DNA of 64,000 nucleotides from Terrimicrobiaceae bacterium (GTDB lineage: Bacteria > Verrucomicrobiota > Verrucomicrobiia > Chthoniobacterales > Terrimicrobiaceae). Positions 19,462 to 28,238 of this stretch are shown piece after piece (the stretch's first letter is position 1; each line of letters begins with the position of its first letter). The notes under the pieces were generated by a model. That model was given only the letters and a program-made list of their open reading frames with translations, had not been told where the DNA came from and ran no database searches. The position numbers and the translations under genes were made by a program. The stretch is taken from positions 160,001 through 224,000 of the forward strand of contig JBGSVZ010000038.1 in NCBI GenBank assembly GCA_041752695.1, read 5' to 3'.

Positions 19462-21479
19462 CGCGGGGATGGTGAAGACTCCCCGCCGCCAATGCGGCGC
19501 ACAGGTGTGCCGAGACGGTAGTCGTACATTTTCGCGGAGACCTCACGAACCGCGGCCGTCAAAGTCGGGAGGGGACGGTCCACAAGGGTCACCAGTCCGA
19601 TGCCAAAGTTTTCGCCGTCCGACCGGCCCGTGACCGTTTGACTCGTCCAGGCGAACCAATGGGCGCCGACAAAATTTGGCTGACGCAAAGCATCGGAGAT
19701 GTACGCTTCGTAAAGATCCGCTTGATTGCGGGCGTTTGCCGCCCAGGTGAGTCCCACGCCCCAGACGCCGTGATCGGGAGTGCCAAAGTGGAACTCGCTG
19801 ATGAGCCACGGGCGGTCTTGATCTGTTTTCATGCGGAATTCTTCCAGGCTGTGCTGGTAGATGTTGGCACTGAGGACATCGCAGTGCCGGGATGCTGCGG
19901 CCGTAATGAAGGGGTTAAACTGGTGGAAACGGCAGCCGAGATAGAGATGGCCGGGAAAGTATTTTTTCATGGCCTTCCGACAGACCGTGAAATACCGGTC
20001 CGCGAAAATTGCGAGGAAGTCATCGAGATCGGTCGCGAAGGTTTTCTCTCCGAGTGGTCCTGGTGAGGGCCGGATGTCGGCCACGTCCTTGAAGCTGGTG
20101 TTCCAGGCCTCGTTAAGCCCCTCGAGGTTGCCGTGGCGGTTTTGCAAAAATGCGACCAGGGCGACGCGGGCAGGGGTGTCGGCGGAGCAGCGGAGAATTT
20201 CACTCACCAGTTCGTGCCCGCCCGGCCAATCCAGCTCGTTGTCCACAAAGACGCCCAACAGCCAGGGAGTTCCCGCATGCTTGGCTGCCAATTCCGGCAT
20301 GATGCGATCGAGCGAGTTTTGGAAAGCCTCGGAGAAGGGATCGGCAATTTTTTTGATCCTGCCCAATGGCTGCATATCCGTGTGGACAATGAGCGTGTAG
20401 GGAACCCGTCCTGTCTCCGCCATTTCCGAAATTGACCAAGCCCCCACGGTATTGAGACCCCAATCAAACATCCGCGCGAGGGTGAGATCGACTTGCCGGG
20501 CGCGCCAGTTCTGCTCGCCAGATTTGACCTTGAGATTGTCCCAGTAGTGGCTGACCGATGGCGCGCTGCGGTGCTCTTGGGGAAAAATTTCCTCCCGGCC
20601 CGTGACCTTGGTCTCTGTGGCTGAACCCACGCAGTTGACACCCAGCGACCAGAAAAGATTTCCATCCGGGTCCACGAACCACCACTTGCCGTCAAGCTTC
20701 TCTACCCGGAAGAATCCCGTGGCTCGTAGATCCGGGCCTCCCGTCATTCCTCCATAGCGGCTTCGCCCTTCTCTGGGCGTTGTGACTGTGGACACCAGGT
20801 CTGCGTCGATGGCCGCGTCCGCGCGGAGTTCCCCGGCGTCGTGTACCTTGCCGGGCCAGTCCCCGATGCGCAGTTGTCCGAAAAGGTCCAGCAGGGGCAT
20901 TTCCAGGGTGGCGAGGGCGGCAGGATCGGTGCGGAAGTCTCCCGCGCCCCGGGGAGAGCCAATTGCAATGATTTGGCCGGGGGCGGCATCGCTCCAATCG
21001 ATTTGTATCCGGATCTGCAGGATCGCCGAAGGATCGATGGCCCGCCAGTGCCGCTGGTGGCCCCAGGGAAACGCGTAGAGATTGCCGAGACGCTTCACGT
21101 ACGGGTGGTCGGCAGGCAGGGCGTGGCGCGCCATCAGGGCCGTCATTTCGAGGGATTCTCCCGGGCGGACAAAAAAGCGCCCGCTTGTGCTGCGCAGCCA
21201 CTGGACCTTCCGATCACTGAGCGCATGAACATGAACATCGAGTTCGGATACCGTGCCATTCTGGATTGGGATCGCGATGTCGCGGAATTTCGAGAGATCC
21301 AGCGCGCCGCCCTCGTAGTCAAAAATCACCACGGCCCGGCCCGTCGCCTTCTCCAGACGGAGGCGGAACGACGTTTCCGCCTCTCCCGTCACTTTCATAC
21401 TCCCCATCCCCGGAGCCGCCAACCCGGCGCAAGCGCTGCAAATGAGGAGGAAAATGGCGGTAAAGAATCGCTCAGACAT
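19458..21479 (-). CDS. GH50-like glycoside hydrolase, copy 2
   Basis: DLFGQ..DWPGK, ATGFFRVEK, WWFVDPDG, FVDNE, SEFHFG, DGENFGIG. Confidence 0.85.
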   Translation of the reverse strand: MSERFFTAIFLLICSACAGLAAPGMGSMKVTGEAETSFRLRLEKATGRAVVIFDYEGGALDLSKFRDIAIPIQNGTVSELDVHVHALSDRKVQWLRSTSGRFFVRPGESLEMTALMARHALPADHPYVKRLGNLYAFPWGHQRHWRAIDPSAILQIRIQIDWSDAAPGQIIAIGSPRGAGDFRTDPAALATLEMPLLDLFGQLRIGDWPGKVHDAGELRADAAIDADLVSTVTTPREGRSRYGGMTGGPDLRATGFFRVEKLDGKWWFVDPDGNLFWSLGVNCVGSATETKVTGREEIFPQEHRSAPSVSHYWDNLKVKSGEQNWRARQVDLTLARMFDWGLNTVGAWSISEMAETGRVPYTLIVHTDMQPLGRIKKIADPFSEAFQNSLDRIMPELAAKHAGTPWLLGVFVDNELDWPGGHELVSEILRCSADTPARVALVAFLQNRHGNLEGLNEAWNTSFKDVADIRPSPGPLGEKTFATDLDDFLAIFADRYFTVCRKAMKKYFPGHLYLGCRFHQFNPFITAAASRHCDVLSANIYQHSLEEFRMKTDQDRPWLISEFHFGTPDHGVWGVGLTWAANARNQADLYEAYISDALRQPNFVGAHWFAWTSQTVTGRSDGENFGIGLVTLVDRPLPTLTAAVREVSAKMYDYRLGTPVRRIGGGESSPSPR

Positions 21480-21564
21480 GCAAGGGGGCCAAGGGTGGGG
21501 GAGGTTTTCAGTGCGAGCGGGTTTTTGCCGGCTGGGTCCGGTCGTTACAGGAAAAAATTGCCGA

Positions 21565-21602
21565 TTGACAACTTGATCACAGTATCAGACAAATATCAAA
21601 CA
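21565..21602. promoter_or_regulatory. divergent promoter region with TTGACA and TATCA(G/A)ACA direct repeat
   Basis: TTGACA 21565-21570; TATCAGACA 21583-21591 and TATCAAACA 21594-21602; AT-rich gap between divergent operons. Confidence 0.4.
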
Positions 21603-21699
21603 CAGTTTGCGGTGTTTTTCATTTTGCCGGGAAATTCGCCGCTACAGGAGCCGCACCCCCCCGAAAACCCTCCCCGAGAATCCGCAAATCTTCCTCCCC

Positions 21700-23292
21700 A
21701 TGTCTGGAGTCCGACACCAGGGCCTCGCGAGTCTTCCTTTTGGCGCTCTCCTTTTCTGCCTCACATCCCTTCCTTTGCGTGCTGAAATGTCAAATCCGGA
21801 AGCCTCTCCCCCCCTAAAGCGCCCCAATTTCCTGATCGTGTTCGCCGACGACTTGGGGTTTGGAGACTTGGGGTGCTATGGGGCGGAAGGCATTCCCACG
21901 CCGAATCTCGACCGTATGGCGGAGCAGGGTGCTCGTTTTACCAATTTTTATGCCACGGCCGCAACCTGCACACCTTCACGCTACAGCCTGCTGACAGGAA
22001 GTTACCCGTGGCGCAATCCTCGCGCCCGCATTCTGGCGGGCGATGCCCCGATGATCATCGGTCCGGAGGAACTCACCTTGCCGGCTGTTCTCCAGCGGGG
22101 CGGGTATGCCACCGCCGTCATCGGAAAATGGCACATCGGGCTGGGCGACGGAACGCTCGACTGGAACAAAGAAATTCGTCCGTCGCCACGGGATGTCGGG
22201 TTCACGGAGTCCTTCATCATGGCCGCGACCAACGACCGTGTGCCGTGCGTTTATGTGAAGGACCGTCACGTCTGGAATCTCGGGCCTGACGACCCCCTGG
22301 AAGTGGTTTACGGCAAAGAGAATCCTTTTCCCGAGGTCCCTACTGGTCGCACCCACCCGGAATTACTCGCCATGCGCCACAGCGATGGGCAGCACCATGA
22401 CACCATCGTCAATGGCGTGCCGCGGATCGGATTCAGCCGTGGGGGAAAGTCCGCGACGTGGGATGACACGACGATGGTCGATGTCTTTCTCGATCAAACC
22501 AGGGATTTTCTCACCCGGAAAAAAGACACGCCATTTTTCCTGTACCTCGCCCTGCACCAGCCGCACGTGCCGAGGATTCCCTCCCAACGGTTTGCGGGGG
22601 TTTCGGCGAAGGGTCCGCGGGGCGACGTGATCATGGAGCTGGATTGGATGGTTGGTGAAGTGCTCGCCCATCTCAAGAAGCTCGGGCTGGACCAGAACAC
22701 CATCGTCGTTTTTTCCAGCGACAACGGGCCGATCCTTGACGATGGCTACGTGGACGAGGCGGAGGAACGAGCTGGGACGCACCGGCCGGCCGGCCCATTG
22801 CGGGGCGGCAAATACAGCCTCTTTGATGGCGGGGCCAGGGTGCCGGCTATTGTCTGGGGGCCCGGTCTGGTCGCTCCGGGCGAATCGGAAGCTTTGCTCA
22901 GCCAGGTCGATCTCCTGGCGAGCCTCGCCCACCTGGCCGGCCTGGATCTTGACCCCGCAGAGCGGGCCGACAGCCTGCAGATGGCGGATGCCCTTTTGGG
23001 AAAATCCCGGGAAGGCCGCGACCATCTGGTCACCGAAGGGTTTGCGGCCAAGACCCTCCTTCGCGAAGGGCGCTGGGTTTTCATTCCCCCGTATCCCGGA
23101 GGAAAACTGTTTGGCGATAAAAACGTGGAATCGGGAAATGCCCCGACACCGCAGCTTTACGATCTGAGCGCCGACGTGGGTCAGCGAAAAAATCTCGCCT
23201 CCCTCCACCCCGAGCGGGTCGAGGCCATGTCCCAATTGCTCACGGAGATTCGGGGAAAGCTCGTCCCGCGCGCCAGTCACTTTCCGCCATAA
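21700..23292 (+). CDS. arylsulfatase (S1, Cys-type)
   Basis: PNFLIVFADDLG, CTPSRYSLLTG, GKWHIG, SSDNGP; start 21700 or 21787. Confidence 0.92.
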   Translation: MSGVRHQGLASLPFGALLFCLTSLPLRAEMSNPEASPPLKRPNFLIVFADDLGFGDLGCYGAEGIPTPNLDRMAEQGARFTNFYATAATCTPSRYSLLTGSYPWRNPRARILAGDAPMIIGPEELTLPAVLQRGGYATAVIGKWHIGLGDGTLDWNKEIRPSPRDVGFTESFIMAATNDRVPCVYVKDRHVWNLGPDDPLEVVYGKENPFPEVPTGRTHPELLAMRHSDGQHHDTIVNGVPRIGFSRGGKSATWDDTTMVDVFLDQTRDFLTRKKDTPFFLYLALHQPHVPRIPSQRFAGVSAKGPRGDVIMELDWMVGEVLAHLKKLGLDQNTIVVFSSDNGPILDDGYVDEAEERAGTHRPAGPLRGGKYSLFDGGARVPAIVWGPGLVAPGESEALLSQVDLLASLAHLAGLDLDPAERADSLQMADALLGKSREGRDHLVTEGFAAKTLLREGRWVFIPPYPGGKLFGDKNVESGNAPTPQLYDLSADVGQRKNLASLHPERVEAMSQLLTEIRGKLVPRASHFPP

Positions 23293-23312
23293 CCGCCAAA
23301 CCGTCATCCTCC

Positions 23313-23939
23313 ATGAAATCAAACATCCTCAAATTCTATGGCCTTTGCGCCCTGTCGTCCGTCGCCCTCCATGCCGAAAATCTCGTGGTCAACGGGGATT
23401 TCGAATCCGGTGAGGGAAACGCATTTTATGCCACTCCACCCTGGTATAACCGCGGAACCGGCTTCAACCAGGGGACGAACGCCCGCTCGGACCAGGGCGC
23501 GGTGATCGCGGGTTCCTTTTCGGCCACGGTAAACGACCGCTATGACTCCGAAACCGGGAAATTTGGACCCGTCGTGCATGTTCAAAAAACAAAGCATATG
23601 ATCGAGGCGGGCGATTCCTTCACGCTTTCTTATGAGTGGCGTCCGGCGGATACGTATTGGCAAAGATCCGCCGACACCGTCCGGTTTGTCCTTTACGCGA
23701 CAGCCAATGACAACGCCGGGGGGGAGGTTGTCTGGTCCGCGGAATTGACTTCGGAATTTTTCACCCGAAAACTCGAATCCACCCTGCCGGTATCCGAGAC
23801 GACCGAGGTCGTGAACGCCGAGGCTGTCGGCCATTCCCTGTTTGTCATGTTTTACGGTTTGGACACCAAGGATAATGGTTCGGGGGTCGCTCACTGGGCG
23901 AGGGTGGACAACATTGAGGTTGAAGTGCTCAAGAAATAA
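23313..23939 (+). CDS. secreted CBM-like (galactose-binding-like fold) hypothetical protein
   Basis: Signal peptide, NLVVNGDFESG start, ARVDNIEVEV end. Confidence 0.6.
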   Translation: MKSNILKFYGLCALSSVALHAENLVVNGDFESGEGNAFYATPPWYNRGTGFNQGTNARSDQGAVIAGSFSATVNDRYDSETGKFGPVVHVQKTKHMIEAGDSFTLSYEWRPADTYWQRSADTVRFVLYATANDNAGGEVVWSAELTSEFFTRKLESTLPVSETTEVVNAEAVGHSLFVMFYGLDTKDNGSGVAHWARVDNIEVEVLKK

Positions 23940-23951
23940 GGGATTCGCCGC

Positions 23952-23976
23952 ACTCCGGACCAGCCGGTTCCGGAGT
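23952..23976. repeat. intergenic inverted repeat (hairpin)
   Basis: ACTCCGGA-N9-TCCGGAGT. Confidence 0.5.
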
Positions 23977-24002
23977 CAGCGTCCACTTTCCAATTCCGCC
24001 CA

Positions 24003-25379
24003 TTGAGCAACATTCTTTTCATCCTTTGCGACGATCTCGGGATCAACGATCTCCCTTGCTATGGCCGGTCGGAGCACAGGACCCCCCACCTCGACCGCCT
24101 GGCGGGGCAGGGGATACGTTTTGTTTCGGCCTATGCGTCACAGGCCATCTGTTCGGCTTCTCGGGCAGGTCTGCTTTCCGGCCTCAATCCGGCGCGTTTG
24201 CATTTGACGACCTATTTGCCTGGCCGCCCGGACGCCATTTCGCAGCGGGTGCTGCATCCCGAGATCATGATGCATGTGCCTCTTACGGTGAAGACTCTGC
24301 CGCGGTATTTTCAGGAGGCGGGTTATACAACGGGACTCATCGGCAAGTGGCACATCGGCGACAACCCCGGGCCGGCCGAGCATGGGTTTGATTACGTTTA
24401 TCATCCCAGCGACGGAAAAAACACCACCCCTTCGGAAATCGAGGGCGGCAAGGCAGAATACGAACTCACGCGCGAAACGATCCGATTCATCGAAGCCAAC
24501 AAGTCCCGGCCGTTTGTCGCCTATCTCGGGCACTATACCCCTCACATTCCCTACACGGCGAGGCAGAATCTCGTAGCTAACAATGCGTCGGCCTTCGAGC
24601 CGGTTTATGCGGCGCTGATCGAAACCCTGGACGACTCGGTCGGATTGCTTCTCGCGGCCCTCGACGATCTTGGCCTGGCAGAGGATACCATCGTTGTCTT
24701 CACCTCCGACAATGGTGGTCTGCATGTCCCCGAGGGCGGGCACGAGAGGATCACCCACAACACGCCCTTTCGTGCGGGCAAGGGCCACACCTATGAGGGA
24801 GGGCAGCGGGTTCCCCTCATCGTGCGCTGGCCGGGCCACGTGCCGGCGGGACGCGTGACTGACGCACCGGTCAACAACATCGACTGGATCCCGACCCTGC
24901 TGGAACTCGTCGGAACCCCGGTGCCACCCGGACTGGACGGCATGAGCTTTGCCAACGGTCTCACCGGCGGGACGTTTCCGGAAAGGCCGCTCTTCTGGCA
25001 TTTTCCCCATTACACGAATCAGGGCGGACGTCCGGGCGGGGCCGTGCGCGATGGTGATTGGATGCTCGTGGAATTTTACGACGAGGATAAAACCGAACTC
25101 TATAACCTCGCGGTCGACGCCGGACAAGGGCGGGACCTGGCCGGCCGGGAGCCAGGCCGCGTCGCCAGACTCAAAGCGGCCCTCGAAGATTGGCGGCAAT
25201 TAAACAACGTGCAGTACAACGTGCCCAATCCGGATTGCAACGAGGCAGAGTTTCGAAATCTTTATGTCACAACCGACCCGAGCAAATTCGATCCAGCCAC
25301 CGCGGATGATGCCGGGTGGTCGCACATGCAAAATTGGCGTGAGAAAATGAACCAGATGGCCCCATGGAAACGAAACTAA
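24003..25379 (+). CDS. S1 sulfatase (Cys-type), no signal peptide
   Basis: NILFILCDDLG, CSASRAGLLSG, GKWHIG, TSDNGG; TTG start. Confidence 0.9.
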   Translation: MSNILFILCDDLGINDLPCYGRSEHRTPHLDRLAGQGIRFVSAYASQAICSASRAGLLSGLNPARLHLTTYLPGRPDAISQRVLHPEIMMHVPLTVKTLPRYFQEAGYTTGLIGKWHIGDNPGPAEHGFDYVYHPSDGKNTTPSEIEGGKAEYELTRETIRFIEANKSRPFVAYLGHYTPHIPYTARQNLVANNASAFEPVYAALIETLDDSVGLLLAALDDLGLAEDTIVVFTSDNGGLHVPEGGHERITHNTPFRAGKGHTYEGGQRVPLIVRWPGHVPAGRVTDAPVNNIDWIPTLLELVGTPVPPGLDGMSFANGLTGGTFPERPLFWHFPHYTNQGGRPGGAVRDGDWMLVEFYDEDKTELYNLAVDAGQGRDLAGREPGRVARLKAALEDWRQLNNVQYNVPNPDCNEAEFRNLYVTTDPSKFDPATADDAGWSHMQNWREKMNQMAPWKRN

Positions 25380-25389
25380 GACCCACCCA

Positions 25390-26232
25390 ATGAAACTGAG
25401 TCGCCGAAAATTCCTGAATCTCTCTGCCGCCGCTGCGGCTGCCACGGCGTTTCCCACCGCCGCTTATTCTCAAAGTTCCAAACCTGGCGGGCCATCAGGC
25501 TCAAAAAAGAAGGGCCTTGGCTTGGGGGCAAGAAATGTCCTCTGGCCGAGCATGCTGACCGCCCTGCAGTGCAAATGGGCGTACACCTGGGGCGGGACAG
25601 TTCCCTCGGATTTGCCGGAAGGCATGAACTTTGTTCCCATGATCCGAAGTAGAAACGTGGAGCCCGAGCACATCGCCTCCGTGGCCGAGGAAGCCAAAAA
25701 TCACCGGATCACCGAGTTGCTCGGCCTGAACGAACCGGATGCCAGAAAGCAGGACGACATGAGCGTCGAAGATGCCCTCGCCATGTGGCCACTACTGATG
25801 GAAACCGGACTTCGCCTCGGCAGCCCGGCCTGTGTCCATCCCGACAAGGATTGGATGATCGAGTTCATGGCCGGCGTCGAAAAACGCAAGCTCCGGGTGG
25901 ATTTCATCTGCGTGCACTCCTACGGCGGCCCGAATGTAGGGGCCTTTGTCAACAGGCTGGAACAGGTCGCCAAAATGTTTAAGCGTCCGATTTGGATCAC
26001 CGAGTTCGGCGTCGGTGACTGGTCCGCAAAAAGTGTCGGGGAAAATCAGCATTCGCCGAAAGTCGTTTTGGGATTTATGGAAAAAGTCCTGCCCATGCTC
26101 GATGACCTCGATTGCCTCGAGCGCTACGCGTGGTTCCCGGCCATGCCGGACAGCGCCCCGCTTGGCACAAGTGCGCTGTTTGATATCGACGGGAAGCTGA
26201 CCCGGCTCGGCGAATGTTATCGCGACGCCTGA
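25390..26232 (+). CDS. Tat-exported GH128-like glycoside hydrolase
   Basis: SRRKFL Tat motif; KKKGLG, LNEPD, VHSY, PIWITEF, ERYAWF. Confidence 0.82.
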   Translation: MKLSRRKFLNLSAAAAAATAFPTAAYSQSSKPGGPSGSKKKGLGLGARNVLWPSMLTALQCKWAYTWGGTVPSDLPEGMNFVPMIRSRNVEPEHIASVAEEAKNHRITELLGLNEPDARKQDDMSVEDALAMWPLLMETGLRLGSPACVHPDKDWMIEFMAGVEKRKLRVDFICVHSYGGPNVGAFVNRLEQVAKMFKRPIWITEFGVGDWSAKSVGENQHSPKVVLGFMEKVLPMLDDLDCLERYAWFPAMPDSAPLGTSALFDIDGKLTRLGECYRDA

Positions 26233-26252
26233 TTTTTCACTCCACTGCACTC

Positions 26253-27092
26253 ATGCTTACACGACGCAAATTCCTCAACCTCTCGGCATCGGCGGCCGCC
26301 CTCACCATTGCCGCCTGCCGGCGTCCGGCAGAACCCGCAGGGGAACTTCCGCCCCGGGGTTCCAAAAAGAAGGGCCTTGGCCAATCGACCAAAAATCCCC
26401 AATGGGCTGGGAGGCTCGAAGCCATTCGTTCCCAATGGTTTTATAGTTGGAATTCCTCCATCCCGCAGGGAATCCCCAAAGGTATGGAATTTATTCCCAT
26501 GATCTACCGGTACGGGGGTGATGCCAAAGCGATCGCTAATGCGGCGGCGTCGGCCAAGGCGGCTGGCATCACCGAGTTGCTCGGATTCAACGAGCCCGAT
26601 GTGAAGAAACAGGGGAACATGACGATCGAGGAAACACTGGACGCCTGGCCGTTGCTGATGGACACCGGGATGCGTCTGGGGAGCCCGGGTTGTGTGCATC
26701 CGGACAAGGAATGGATGATCGAATTCATGGCCGGCGTCAAAAAACGCAATCTGCGGGTGGATTTTGTGTGCGTCCATTCCTATGGCGGACCGGGCGCGGA
26801 GTCACTGGTCAACAGGTTGGAGAAAATTCATCAGATGTTCGAACGCCCGATCTGGATCACGGAATTTGCCGTCGGTGACTGGGAGGCCAAAAGTGTCGAA
26901 GAAAACCGGCACAAACCTGAAGCCGTGTTGCGGTTTATGGAAAAGGTCCTTCCGATGCTCGATAAGCTCGATTTCGTAGAACGCTACGCGTGGTTTCCGG
27001 CCAAGACCACCAGTATTCCCCTTGGCAGCAGCGCGCTGTTCAATGAGGACGGTTCGCTCACCCGGCTCGGCGAATGCTATCGTGACGCGTGA
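26253..27092 (+). CDS. Tat-exported (likely lipoprotein) GH128-like glycoside hydrolase
   Basis: TRRKFL plus IAAC; FNEPD, PIWITEF, ERYAWF; tandem paralog. Confidence 0.82.
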   Translation: MLTRRKFLNLSASAAALTIAACRRPAEPAGELPPRGSKKKGLGQSTKNPQWAGRLEAIRSQWFYSWNSSIPQGIPKGMEFIPMIYRYGGDAKAIANAAASAKAAGITELLGFNEPDVKKQGNMTIEETLDAWPLLMDTGMRLGSPGCVHPDKEWMIEFMAGVKKRNLRVDFVCVHSYGGPGAESLVNRLEKIHQMFERPIWITEFAVGDWEAKSVEENRHKPEAVLRFMEKVLPMLDKLDFVERYAWFPAKTTSIPLGSSALFNEDGSLTRLGECYRDA

Positions 27093-28138
27093 TCAACAAG
27101 CTCGTCCTGCCTCTGCTGGCCGCGGCCGCAGGGTGCTCCTCCGTGATGGTCGCTGCCCCTGAGTTCGCGATCCGCCCCGGCCAGGAGTGGCTGGACAGCG
27201 CCGGCAAGCCGATCAACGCCCATGGCGGATGCGTGCTGTTTCACCAGGGCCTCTATTATTGGTATGGCACACACAAGATCGAGGGACTATCAGAAGCGAC
27301 CGATGCGGACGGCGGCGTTCATGCCTATGCCTCGCGCGATCTGGTGAACTGGCATGACCAAGGCATGGTCCTGCCGCTGGACGGCGGGAAGGATGACGAC
27401 CTACAGCACGGCTGCATCTTTGATCGGCCCAAAGTGATCTTCAATGAGACGACAAAGGAGTTTGTCCTTTTCTTCAAATTTTACCCCCGCGGCCTCGGCA
27501 CGAAGGTCGGCTTTGTGGGAGTGGCGACCTCGCAGAGCCCCAGCGGTCCTTTCACGTACCGTCACAAATTTCTCGGAGGGAACTCCCCGGAGGGCACCGG
27601 GGATTTTGCCATGTTCAAGGACGAAAATGGCGACCTGTATCACCTGACTGTCCGAAAACCGGACAAGGCGTTTGTCATCGGGAAAATGCGCTCCGACTTC
27701 CTGCTGCCCGAGGGCGAATACACCGTCGCCGCAGGCATCACCCATGCCACCGAAGCCCCGGCCGTGATCAAACGCGAGGGCCGCTACTGGATGCTGGCCT
27801 CCGGCTCAACCGGATGGGCTCCCAACGCCGCCCGCTCGTTCTCTGCGCCAACGATCTTCGGCCCGTGGGTCGACCACGAAAACCCCTGCGAGGGCATTAA
27901 TCCCCACAACGCCCTCGGCCCCGAACTGACCTTCGGCGGACAAGCCGCTTTCATCATCGAGGTCGAAGGCAAAAAGGACGCCGCCATTGCGGTCTTCGAT
28001 ATCAACAAACCCGACCATCCCTTCGACAGTCTTTACGTCTGGCTGCCCATTGCGTTCGAGAACGGCCGCATGCGTATTCCCTGGCGCGACCAGTGGGCGA
28101 TGGATCATTTTTCAAGGCAGGCGGAAGTTGCGGAGTGA
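27089..28138 (+). CDS. GH43 (GH43_24-like, beta-1,3-galactanase type) glycoside hydrolase
   Basis: INAHGG, YYWYG, DRPKV, TEAPA, SGSTGWAPN, TFGGQ. Confidence 0.8.
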   Translation: MINKLVLPLLAAAAGCSSVMVAAPEFAIRPGQEWLDSAGKPINAHGGCVLFHQGLYYWYGTHKIEGLSEATDADGGVHAYASRDLVNWHDQGMVLPLDGGKDDDLQHGCIFDRPKVIFNETTKEFVLFFKFYPRGLGTKVGFVGVATSQSPSGPFTYRHKFLGGNSPEGTGDFAMFKDENGDLYHLTVRKPDKAFVIGKMRSDFLLPEGEYTVAAGITHATEAPAVIKREGRYWMLASGSTGWAPNAARSFSAPTIFGPWVDHENPCEGINPHNALGPELTFGGQAAFIIEVEGKKDAAIAVFDINKPDHPFDSLYVWLPIAFENGRMRIPWRDQWAMDHFSRQAEVAE

Positions 28139-28238
28139 ATCCTGAACGCGTGCCAGCTAGTAAACTTTGTATTCGGCCCGCCGTGAGTATTTGTGCAGCG
28201 CCACTGGCCATGATGTCTCAACTGCGTTTGAATAACTG

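Noticed and set aside
23940..24002. PVPESAS after the stop, resembling PEP-CTERM
   Set aside because: No hydrophobic helix or basic tail follows.
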